A stretch of 64,000 nucleotides of DNA from Alphaproteobacteria bacterium (GTDB lineage Bacteria > Pseudomonadota > Alphaproteobacteria > Micavibrionales > Micavibrionaceae), in the NCBI GenBank assembly GCA_046542355.1, contig JBKHBN010000002.1, positions 36,153-100,152 of the forward strand, in the 5' to 3' direction. The position numbers and the translations under genes are program-made. The notes under the pieces are model-generated. The model saw only the letters and a program-made list of their open reading frames with translations. It ran no database searches and had not been told where the DNA came from. Below, piece by piece: positions 8,223 to 16,032 of this stretch (positions within the stretch are counted from its first letter, which is position 1; each line of letters begins with the position of its first letter).

Positions 8223-9418
8223 ATCACCTCGATTTCTGCTTGCAAAGCGCCAGCGGATTTAATGGCCTGAAGGATTGTAATAACATCACGCGGCTTTACA
8301 CCAAGCTGGTTAAGACCGGTTACAAGCTCTTGCAAGGTCACGCCTGTCTCCAGCACGGCCAGCTTTACATCTTCCCCGACATTGGCCGAAACATCACTGC
8401 GCGGAACGGTAACAGTTTCGCCTTGATCGGCAAAGGGATTGGCCTGAGAAACCTGAGGCGTTTCATTGATCTTCAAAGTCAGATTGCCCTGCGCAATTGC
8501 AACGCTGCTCACCCGTACATCTGCCCCCATCACAATAACGCCGGAACGCTCCGAGATCACAACGCGCGCAGGCTGGTCAGGCTGCACAGGAAGCTGTTCT
8601 ATATCGGTAATGAGATCAACAATTGTTCCGTCATAACCAGAAGGACGTCTAAGAACAACACTGGCAGAATTTTCCGCCTTGGCAAGGCGCGAATTGGTAA
8701 ATCCGTTAATCGCCTGGGCAATCCGGCGTGATGTCGTAAAATCGGGATTACGCAAGGCAATGCGAACCTGCTGCAGCTCCTCAAGCTGAAAATCAATCTC
8801 ACGCTCGACAATACCGCCGCTGGGAATGCGTCCGGCTGTAGGAATATTTTGTGTCTCGGAAGCAGCCTCGCCTTCAACGGAATACCCGGCAATATTGACC
8901 CCGCCTTGCGCTACAGCATACACCTCGCCATCAGCAGCAATCAAAGGAGTCACCAATAATGTCCCGCCTTGCAAAGAGCTGGCATCGCCAAGAGCCGATA
9001 CATTCACATCAATGCGAGAGCCTTGGTTGGTAAAAGGAGGAAGGGTTGCCGTGACCATAACCGCCGCTACATTCCCTGTATTTAAATTTTGTCCGCGAAT
9101 GTTGACGCCCAGACGCTCGAGCATCGCAATCAGGCTTTGCTCTGTAAAAGGGGAGTTATTCAGGCCATCACCAGTGCCGTTAAGACCGACGATCAAGCCA
9201 TAACCAACAAGCTGGTTTTCACGCACCCCCTCAATATCGACAATATCTTTAATGCGAGACGTCTTGGCAAAAGCTGGCTGGGAAATTGCAAAAATGTTCA
9301 AAGTAAGAAACAAAAAGAAGAGAAGGCAAAGTCCGGCTACGCCAAACGCTTTTCCAGCATTTTCCCTTGGTAACCGGACAACATCATATGAAAGATCGTA
9401 TATATGCATGTTTGCCAA
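8219..9418 (-). CDS. flgI: Flagellar P-ring protein FlgI
   Basis: Signal peptide followed by RIKDIVDIEGVRENQLVGYGLIVGLNGTGD and a C-terminal LQAIKSAGALQAEIEVM, the canonical FlgI pattern. Confidence 0.95.
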   Translation of the reverse strand: MANMHIYDLSYDVVRLPRENAGKAFGVAGLCLLFFLFLTLNIFAISQPAFAKTSRIKDIVDIEGVRENQLVGYGLIVGLNGTGDGLNNSPFTEQSLIAMLERLGVNIRGQNLNTGNVAAVMVTATLPPFTNQGSRIDVNVSALGDASSLQGGTLLVTPLIAADGEVYAVAQGGVNIAGYSVEGEAASETQNIPTAGRIPSGGIVEREIDFQLEELQQVRIALRNPDFTTSRRIAQAINGFTNSRLAKAENSASVVLRRPSGYDGTIVDLITDIEQLPVQPDQPARVVISERSGVIVMGADVRVSSVAIAQGNLTLKINETPQVSQANPFADQGETVTVPRSDVSANVGEDVKLAVLETGVTLQELVTGLNQLGVKPRDVITILQAIKSAGALQAEIEVM

Positions 9419-9526
9419 ACTCTCTTTTTAAACGCAAGAAGTGTGATGTTTTGTGTGTGTGATCAACTTCTATTTCTACTTTTACTTTTGTGTGGCTTTC
9501 TTCAGGAAAGCTTGTATCTCTACATT

Positions 9527-9542
9527 TGCGAAATACGTGCCA
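9527..9542 (-). promoter_or_regulatory. sigma54 (-24/-12) promoter upstream of flgI
   Basis: The minus strand reads TGGCACGTATTTCGCA, which is TGGCACG-N4-TCGCA with exact GG-N10-GC spacing. It sits about 110 nt upstream of the flgI ATG. Confidence 0.6.
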
Positions 9543-9667
9543 ACCATAAAAAACATTATATTCCAAAACATTAGAAGGATAGGGGGGAAGTGAGAATATG
9601 ACCGCTTAGGCAAATACGGTTCAAAACGATAAAAAAGAGCGCCGGGAACTAGGCAATTCTTACCGCC

Positions 9668-9695
9668 TTGATTCATTTATCAGGCAGGTTATAAT
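9668..9695 (+). promoter_or_regulatory. sigma70-like promoter candidate (TTGATT-N16-TATAAT) for fliX
   Basis: TTGATT at 9668-9673 and TATAAT at 9690-9695, about 135 nt upstream of fliX. Consensus match only. Confidence 0.3.
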
Positions 9696-9831
9696 GGTAC
9701 CCGTTAGGTCTTTTTTATTATTGCGTTATAATTATTTCAAAAAATCTGTCGCCTATATTGCAGATTTTTAACTAGACGCTTAATTTATTCCAAGCACTTG
9801 AATCGGGTGCTTTAGACGTGAGGGAAAAACC

Positions 9832-10275
9832 ATGAAAGTCGGTGAAACAAAAGGCCCCGGCGCCACATCAAAAAGCAAAAGGGCGGGCTCAACATCTGCA
9901 GGCAGTGCCGCAAATTTCAGTCAATACGTTCAAGGCGGAGTGTCTGATACGGCAGGCGCTCAGACAACACAATCCATAGCCCAACTGGATTCGCTTTTGG
10001 CCGCGCAGGAAGTAGAAGACCCCACTGAGCGAAGCGCCCGCAAAAAAGCATTAACCCGCGCCGATACAATTCTTGATAAACTCGAGGAAGTTCGATTAAA
10101 GATGCTGGGCGGTGATCTGACAGTCGGCCATATGATTGATGTTGCCGATGTGGTGGCTTCGCACCGTGGTAAAATAGATGATCCTTTACTTACGGCGGTT
10201 ATGGACGAGATTGACCTGCGCGCCCAAGTCGAAGTTGCAAAAGTGCGCGTTGCACTCGATCAGATACAACAATAA
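9832..10275 (+). CDS. fliX: Flagellar assembly regulator FliX
   Basis: 147 aa, divergent from flgI as in Caulobacter. It has an S/A-rich N-terminus followed by LDSLLAAQEVEDPTERSARKKALTRADTILDKLEEVRLKMLGGDL, the FliX pattern. Confidence 0.7.
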   Translation: MKVGETKGPGATSKSKRAGSTSAGSAANFSQYVQGGVSDTAGAQTTQSIAQLDSLLAAQEVEDPTERSARKKALTRADTILDKLEEVRLKMLGGDLTVGHMIDVADVVASHRGKIDDPLLTAVMDEIDLRAQVEVAKVRVALDQIQQ

Positions 10276-10447
10276 TGCACATGATTGCTCTAACTTTAGG
10301 CAAGTAAGTATCTAATAAGATCCTTTTGCTTGTTTTTCTCGCAAAACATCCTTATATTCTCAAAATTCTTTTTAAATTTACGGTACTTTGAAGTATCATA
10401 ACCCATTGTGTGGCATTAGAAATGGACGAGACGAGGAATAAAGGAAC

Positions 10448-10885
10448 ATGGCAACACCAGAAAGCGTAACGCTTCCCCCTGATTACGACCCGGAGAAAGA
10501 CACTGGCGATTTTATGAACCCGGTTATGCAGGAATATTTCCGCCGACAGCTCATCGCATGGCGTCAGGAGCTAATCAAGGAATCGGCTTCGACAATTCAC
10601 GATACCCTTCAGGGAACGGAGCTTCAAAAGCCTGATATGGCAGATCGCGCATCGGCAGAAACAGATCATGCATTGGAGCTGCGCACACGCGACAGAGAGC
10701 GTAAGCTCATCTCCAAAATCAATGGAGCGCTTGCTAAAATTGATGAAGGTGAATACGGCTATTGCGAGGAAACAGGGGAGCCGATTGGTATTGCCCGCCT
10801 CAAAGCCCGCCCGATTGCAGCGTTAAGTATCGAAGCGCAGGAACGTCATGAGCGCCTTGAAAAAACCAAGCGTGACGATAAGTAA
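10448..10885 (+). CDS. dksA: RNA polymerase-binding transcription factor DksA (degenerate zinc finger)
   Basis: The coiled-coil tip DMADRA (DxxDxA) and LELRTRDRERKLISKI are present. The C-terminal YGYCEETGEPIGIARLKARPIAALSIEAQ aligns to the E. coli CxxC-N17-CxxC region, but only the first Cys is retained. Confidence 0.85.
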   Translation: MATPESVTLPPDYDPEKDTGDFMNPVMQEYFRRQLIAWRQELIKESASTIHDTLQGTELQKPDMADRASAETDHALELRTRDRERKLISKINGALAKIDEGEYGYCEETGEPIGIARLKARPIAALSIEAQERHERLEKTKRDDK

Positions 10886-10921
10886 ATTGATATTCCAGAG
10901 CGTTTTGACACCTGGCACGCT

Positions 10922-11323
10922 CTAGGGACTCATCCCCGGAGCAGAAGGTGAATTGTCTGCTACTGTTGATCCTGCGTATTCTACGTCTGCCATATCTTGA
11001 AGAACACCAGCCTGTATTTTGAAACCACCGCGGTCTTGAACAGAATCCATAGTGGGTTGATCTATGCCGTTCATCTCAAATTTTACTTTCATAAAACCAA
11101 CTGCGACATCAAGCTGTTCACGCGCAACATCAAGTTCAGGGTAAGCAGAGGGAGCCAAAGGGTCTTGTCCCCCTATGTCAAAGTGGACAAAACATTGAGG
11201 AGCAATCTGCGCAAGACTCGCTTGCATGTCTCTGGCGGCTCCCATGGATAATTTGGCGCTGGCAACCCCATCGTCATATTCGGGGTCTGATAGTCTAACA
11301 GTATAGTCGTCACATTCTGGCAT
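10922..11323 (-). CDS. Hypothetical acidic protein (133 aa)
   Basis: A clean ORF downstream of flgH on the same strand. I recognise no motif in it. Confidence 0.4.
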   Translation of the reverse strand: MPECDDYTVRLSDPEYDDGVASAKLSMGAARDMQASLAQIAPQCFVHFDIGGQDPLAPSAYPELDVAREQLDVAVGFMKVKFEMNGIDQPTMDSVQDRGGFKIQAGVLQDMADVEYAGSTVADNSPSAPGMSP

Positions 11324-11448
11324 AACATAAAGTCCCTGTTTCTAACTGTAACTATATAATATTATACATAACAGAAGAGAAAAATGGAAATTAAATAGAT
11401 ACGCCGAACGTTGTGGCAAAATCCGGGCGATAAGTGTCAAACGCCCTG

Positions 11449-11459
11449 GACACTATCTA
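11449..11459 (-). repeat. Copy of TAGATAGTGTC motif (11/12 of the IR-element terminus), overlapping the flgH stop codon
   Basis: The minus strand reads TAGATAGTGTCC. The leading TAG is the flgH stop codon. Confidence 0.6.
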
Positions 11460-12239
11460 AAACGGGAAGATAATATCATAAAGCTGCTTGCCGTAGCGCG
11501 CCTGTTGCAAATTGGTCAACTGACCTTCGCCGCCATAAACAATGCGCGCTTCTGCAATCTGGTCATAGGAAATTGTGTTGCGCACAGAGATATCTTCCGG
11601 GCGTATAACCCCGTCTATTTGCAAGACACGTTTTTCAAAATTAACCAGAACCTCCTGCTTGCCGTGAATGACCATATTCCCGTTAGGCAAAAGCTGGGTA
11701 ATCAGGGCAGCCAGACGCAATTGCACATCATCCTTGCGCTCAATACTGCCAGAGCCTGTATGCGAGGAGTCTGAATCAATATCTGCCAGATTGCTGTTAT
11801 CCACCGCCTCTGGCAAAAATCTGTCAAAAGAAGCTTCAAGCCCCAACAGGCTGTTCACGCCGGCACTCTCACTGGAGCTGCGCGATTCCGATGTATCATT
11901 TTCCAGCGTTGCCTCATCGGAAATATCAATAGTTACCGTGATAATGTCGCCGATATTGCTTGCCCGCTGGTCTTTAAAGAACGTCACGCGCCCGCTTTGC
12001 CACAGGGAATTTCTTTCAGGCAAGGCCGCCGAGGGAGAGGGCATAGGCAGGCTTACAGGCTGATACCCCGGATCGGTCATCGGATTGGCGATTTTCCCCA
12101 TAGCAGGAGGCTTGCCGATATTGGCAATTTTATCTGCTGTCGCGCATCCCGTTAAAGCCACTGATCCCAGTGCTAAAACAATATGAGAAAGCAGGGGACG
12201 CGGGATTAACCTGAACCGATCTTTTATCTGTGTACGCAT
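11457..12239 (-). CDS. flgH: Flagellar L-ring lipoprotein FlgH
   Basis: Start trimmed to the ATG at 12239 (MRTQIKDRF...). There is a lipobox LALGSVALTGC, and the C-terminal GNMVIHGKQEVLVNFEKRVLQIDGVIRPEDI...LTNLQQARYGKQLYDIIFPF is canonical FlgH. The longer track ORF would overlap flgA. Confidence 0.9.
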   Translation of the reverse strand: MRTQIKDRFRLIPRPLLSHIVLALGSVALTGCATADKIANIGKPPAMGKIANPMTDPGYQPVSLPMPSPSAALPERNSLWQSGRVTFFKDQRASNIGDIITVTIDISDEATLENDTSESRSSSESAGVNSLLGLEASFDRFLPEAVDNSNLADIDSDSSHTGSGSIERKDDVQLRLAALITQLLPNGNMVIHGKQEVLVNFEKRVLQIDGVIRPEDISVRNTISYDQIAEARIVYGGEGQLTNLQQARYGKQLYDIIFPF

Positions 12240-12285
12240 TTTAAAAGCCTTCCTAAAAAACAATACTCTTTTCCCCAACACCCGT

Positions 12286-13239
12286 TTAACGCGCCGCAAC
12301 GCGCGCAAGTCCGCTATCAAGGATAACAGCTTGAAGTGTCTGGTTGCTGGCAGTATTAACCACGCGGATAGTATCACCCTTTGCCCCGTTTTCTAAAGCT
12401 TTGGCCTGCGTGGCAAGGCGCATGGTTCCGCTGCTAAGCGACAGGGTGATCAACTGCCCGCGCTCGATGATTTTCGGTGCAATGATATCGGATTGACGCA
12501 CAGGGCGTCCCGCCACCACAATGCGGCGCGCTGTCATACCAAGCAGGGAATAGGGATGAACAACAATATCTTTACTGAACTCATGCTCCCGAATAGAAAC
12601 AATTTTGATATCATCTTTCTGAATAACGCGCCCGTTCTCGATATTATCAAGAAGCACGGGAACCTTGATAACAGGGTGTATCTGCCCGCTAATTTGTATC
12701 TGGCGAATAGGATTGGCTGCAGAAGGAGCCGCAAGCGTGGCGTTGAAGCTTTTATGCTGTGAATCCACATCAATGCGCGTCACCTCGACACGCGCCGGAG
12801 AATCAGCAGGCAGCACAATTTTCTGGTAATGCGCCGGGATAGAAAGCTCGTACGCTCCATAGACATTTTCATCACCAAGAGCCGAATTGATCGTTTGTTT
12901 TATTGTATCATAATCAATAACCGTGGCTTCGCGCCGTAATACAACGCGCGTCATGGAATTTGAGGGACGCCACGGCAGATCCAGCGCTGTAGCAATGCGC
13001 AACAGTGTACGCGCACTCAGGATCATTTCTTCTCCGGGCTGCGGAGCATTACCCAAAACGCGATCTTCATCACGTGGCAGATCATAAAAGATATCCCCCA
13101 GTTTGATGGTATGATCTTTGATGATGCTATGCTCCTTAAGACCGATAGCATAAGAGGAAGAGGCAAAGCCGCATAAAGGCAGAAAAGCTGTGCCCAATAT
13201 CATACAAAGCATTATAAAGAGTTTGTCTGTTTGTCTCAT
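12286..13239 (-). CDS. flgA: Flagellar P-ring assembly chaperone FlgA
   Basis: Signal peptide, a SAF-like region (GRVIQKDDI), and a C-terminal GQLITLSLSSGTMRLATQAKALENGAKGDTIRVVNTASNQTLQAVI typical of FlgA. Confidence 0.85.
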   Translation of the reverse strand: MRQTDKLFIMLCMILGTAFLPLCGFASSSYAIGLKEHSIIKDHTIKLGDIFYDLPRDEDRVLGNAPQPGEEMILSARTLLRIATALDLPWRPSNSMTRVVLRREATVIDYDTIKQTINSALGDENVYGAYELSIPAHYQKIVLPADSPARVEVTRIDVDSQHKSFNATLAAPSAANPIRQIQISGQIHPVIKVPVLLDNIENGRVIQKDDIKIVSIREHEFSKDIVVHPYSLLGMTARRIVVAGRPVRQSDIIAPKIIERGQLITLSLSSGTMRLATQAKALENGAKGDTIRVVNTASNQTLQAVILDSGLARVAAR

Positions 13240-13279
13240 AAGCCTTTTCTTTCTTCTGTGTTACGCATTATTCAGTGAA

Positions 13280-14065
13280 CTAGCGCAGTTGTGTAATGGT
13301 TTGCATCATCTCATCGCTCGTGGATATGACCTTTGAATTCATTTCGTAGGCGCGCTGCGCCGAGATAAGATTGGTCATTTCTGATACAACATTGACATTG
13401 GACTCCTCCAAAGCGCCTTGCTCGATCGTGCCATACTGGTTTTGACCAGGCGTTCCGGTCGTAGGGGATCCCGAAGCTGTTGTCTCAAGATAAAGATTAT
13501 CGCCAATCGCCTCCAGCCCGACAGGATTTGCAAAGGACGCAAGCTCAATCTGGCCAATAACCGCAGGAGCCGGTTCCCCGACATAAGTAACGCTGACTTC
13601 ACCTTCCGAGTTGATATCCACATCCTCTGCATCCTCGGGAATTGTAATGGCCGGAGACACAACATACCCGTCAATCGTGACAATCTGGCTGTTTTCATTA
13701 AGCTGAAACGAGCCATCGCGCGTATAGGCTGTTCCTCCACCGGGAAGATCAATCTGGAAAAATCCCTGACCCTTGATAGCAAGATCCAGATTGTTATCGG
13801 TAACGGCGACTGTGCCTTGCGAATGCATTCTATAGACACCGGACGCTTTTGCGCCAAGTCCCACCTGTAAACCTGAAGGCAGCGTTGTGCCTGCATCTGA
13901 GGAGCTGGAGCCCGGACTGTTGATGTTTTGATACAGCAAATCCTGAAATGCTGCGCGGCTTTGCTTAAAGCCGGTTGTGGACATATTGGCAATGTTATTT
14001 GAAATAACATCGACATTAAGCTGCTGGGCAAGCATGCCTGTCGCGCCGATATCAAGTGATCTCAT
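13280..14065 (-). CDS. flgG: Flagellar distal rod protein FlgG
   Basis: MRSLDIGATGMLAQQLNVDVISNNIANMSTTGFK... and ESNVNVVSEMTNLISAQRAYEMNSKVISTSDEMM. Confidence 0.95.
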   Translation of the reverse strand: MRSLDIGATGMLAQQLNVDVISNNIANMSTTGFKQSRAAFQDLLYQNINSPGSSSSDAGTTLPSGLQVGLGAKASGVYRMHSQGTVAVTDNNLDLAIKGQGFFQIDLPGGGTAYTRDGSFQLNENSQIVTIDGYVVSPAITIPEDAEDVDINSEGEVSVTYVGEPAPAVIGQIELASFANPVGLEAIGDNLYLETTASGSPTTGTPGQNQYGTIEQGALEESNVNVVSEMTNLISAQRAYEMNSKVISTSDEMMQTITQLR

Positions 14066-14111
14066 AATGTTTTCTCCTTACTCACAACAAAAAATAACAA
14101 TATGTATAAAC

Positions 14112-14831
14112 TTATGATCCCGTCAGTTTCTGGATCGCTTCGCGCATACGCTCATGCTCAGATCTGAGCATGTTCTGCGTGGATTGGTAATTCCTCAGTA
14201 TGTCAATCATGCGCGTCATCTCGACCACAGGCTTGACATTAGAGCCTTCAACAAATCCTTGTGCGACCGTACTGTTTTGCGGTTCGATCCCGACTTCGGT
14301 GCTGGTATAGGCGTTGTTTCCAGATGGCTTTAGCGTTTGTATATTGGCAAACTCAACAAGCCCAAGACGGGCAATCGGGCCGTTCTCATCAGAGATAATG
14401 CCGTTCTTGTCAATTTTAATTTCCACAGCATCGGCAGGCAGAATAATCGCACCCCCATCCCCCATAACAGGCATATCCGTTGCTGTAACAAGCGTACCAT
14501 CACTGCGCATATGAAAAGAACCGTTGCGCGTATAACCAGTAGAGCCATCAGGCATTTGCACAGAGATGAAACCATCACCGATCACAGCCACATCCAAAGG
14601 ATTGCCTGTTTGTTGTAGAGCGCCGGAATCGCTCATCTGATACTGACCGTAATTCGAGACAAATGACAAAGGGTCATCGCCATAGCGCGGATCAGAGATA
14701 TACTCTTCAAACACCGGATTTTGTCCACGGAAACCCGCAGTATTCATGTTGGCAATATTGTTGGCCACTATCTCAAGATTGGTCTTGAGAGCTATCTGCC
14801 GTGATAATCCTATATATATGCTGTTTTCCAT
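14112..14831 (-). CDS. flgF: Flagellar proximal rod protein FlgF
   Basis: MENSIYIGLSRQIALKTNLEIVANNIANMNTAGFR... and GSNVKPVVEMTRMIDILRNYQSTQ. Confidence 0.9.
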   Translation of the reverse strand: MENSIYIGLSRQIALKTNLEIVANNIANMNTAGFRGQNPVFEEYISDPRYGDDPLSFVSNYGQYQMSDSGALQQTGNPLDVAVIGDGFISVQMPDGSTGYTRNGSFHMRSDGTLVTATDMPVMGDGGAIILPADAVEIKIDKNGIISDENGPIARLGLVEFANIQTLKPSGNNAYTSTEVGIEPQNSTVAQGFVEGSNVKPVVEMTRMIDILRNYQSTQNMLRSEHERMREAIQKLTGS

Positions 14832-14917
14832 GACTAAAAAAAATCCCTTTAGCGCTCAATAGCAGTAACAGATCCGAATTCTCCGGACTGACAAAACCTG
14901 CTTTATGCAAGCAACAA

Positions 14918-14933
14918 TGCAGAGAGCGTGCCA
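14918..14933 (-). promoter_or_regulatory. sigma54 (-24/-12) promoter upstream of flgF-G-A-H
   Basis: The minus strand reads TGGCACGCTCTCTGCA, which is TGGCACG-N4-CTGCA with GG-N10-GC spacing. It sits about 87 nt upstream of the flgF ATG. Confidence 0.6.
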
Positions 14934-15088
14934 AAGACGCTGGGCTTTGTATTTCAGCCATTTATTCAATGGATACAAAAAACGCGCATAGGGAAAAAAA
15001 TGCACTAAAGACACCCAAAATTAAGAGATAAGCATAAAAACCGGAAAAATTTTCCCCTTATGAAATCAATAAATGCACGTCCTAAGTG

Positions 15089-15118
15089 TTAGACGATTTG
15101 TAAAGTTTGGTTTATACT
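15089..15118 (+). promoter_or_regulatory. sigma70-like promoter candidate (TTAGAC-N18-TATACT) for fliL
   Basis: TTAGAC at 15089-15094 and TATACT at 15113-15118, about 70 nt upstream of fliL. Consensus match only. Confidence 0.3.
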
Positions 15119-15190
15119 GATCACCGTATTTTACCAACGCCAGCAATCACCGTGCTGCATATGACTTCACTTTGAGGGATATTTAAGAAA

Positions 15191-15799
15191 ATGGCTGAAG
15201 AAGAAGATGATGTAAATGCTGATGAAGAGGGCGTCGAACAGGCCGAAGAAGAAAAGAAAAGCGGCAAGCTCAAGCTGATTATGTTTATTATGATCCCCAT
15301 AGTTTTGATCGGCGGTGGTGGAGCAGCGGCTTATTTTACCGGAATGCTGGACTCCCTCCTTGGTGTTGAAGCGCCAGCAGAAGAAGGGGAGCATGCACAA
15401 GGCGAAGAGGGTGAGCACGATACGGAGCACGACAAGAGCGACACACACGCAAAAAAATCATCTGATTCTCATGGCGGCGGACATGGCGGTGGACAAGGGG
15501 CTTTTGTTGCTATTCCACCGATGCTGGTGAACCTGAATACAGATGACGGCACGCCTCGTTTCTTGCGCCTGACGGTACAGCTAGAGCTGGAAAATGGCTC
15601 GGATCGGGACGCAGTTGAGGCTGTTTTGCCGCGCGTAGTGGATCAATTCCAGACCTACCTGCGCGAACTCAGAGTAAAGGATCTACGCGGATCAGCAGGA
15701 ATTTACCGTTTGCAGATTGAGCTGCTCTGGCGCGTGAATCAGGCTGTGGAGCCAATTGAAATCAAGGATGTTTTGTTTCAGGAAATACTGATACAGTAA
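15191..15799 (+). CDS. fliL: Flagellar basal-body-associated protein FliL
   Basis: An acidic N-terminus, one TM helix, then FVAIPPMLVNLNTDDGTPRFLRLTVQLELENG...VLPRVVDQFQTYLRELRVKDLRGSAG, the FliL signature. Confidence 0.85.
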   Translation: MAEEEDDVNADEEGVEQAEEEKKSGKLKLIMFIMIPIVLIGGGGAAAYFTGMLDSLLGVEAPAEEGEHAQGEEGEHDTEHDKSDTHAKKSSDSHGGGHGGGQGAFVAIPPMLVNLNTDDGTPRFLRLTVQLELENGSDRDAVEAVLPRVVDQFQTYLRELRVKDLRGSAGIYRLQIELLWRVNQAVEPIEIKDVLFQEILIQ

Positions 15800-15894
15800 A
15801 ATCCGCTATAAATACAATAACCCTGCAAGATTAAAGTCATAAAAAGCACGCGGCGGCTATACAATAGCAAAAAAGAATGCATGTTATTATAAAG

Positions 15895-15910
15895 CGGCAT
15901 ATTTTTTGCC
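15895..15910 (+). promoter_or_regulatory. sigma54-type promoter candidate upstream of fliM
   Basis: CGGCATATTTTTTGCC, which is GGCAT-N5-TTGC with correct GG-N10-GC spacing. It sits about 125 nt upstream of fliM in the 233-bp fliL-fliM gap. Confidence 0.45.
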
Positions 15911-16032
15911 TTGATCTTTTGTTATAATGGCTTTGTTTCATAAGCTTCTCGTGCCCAAAGGCAAAGAAGGAATGTAGAGGAAAGCTTTCTTGTGTGTTTG
16001 AAAATCAATAGAAATTTCAAAGTGATGAAAAC

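Noticed and set aside
9768-9783. TTAA-N8-TTAA upstream of fliX
   Set aside because: The half-sites are perfect but the spacer is 8 nt rather than 7, so it does not fit the CtrA consensus.
12240-12377. N-terminal 46-aa extension of flgH on the ORF track
   Set aside because: It would overlap flgA by 92 nt. The internal ATG at 12239 gives a normal lipoprotein signal peptide with a lipobox.
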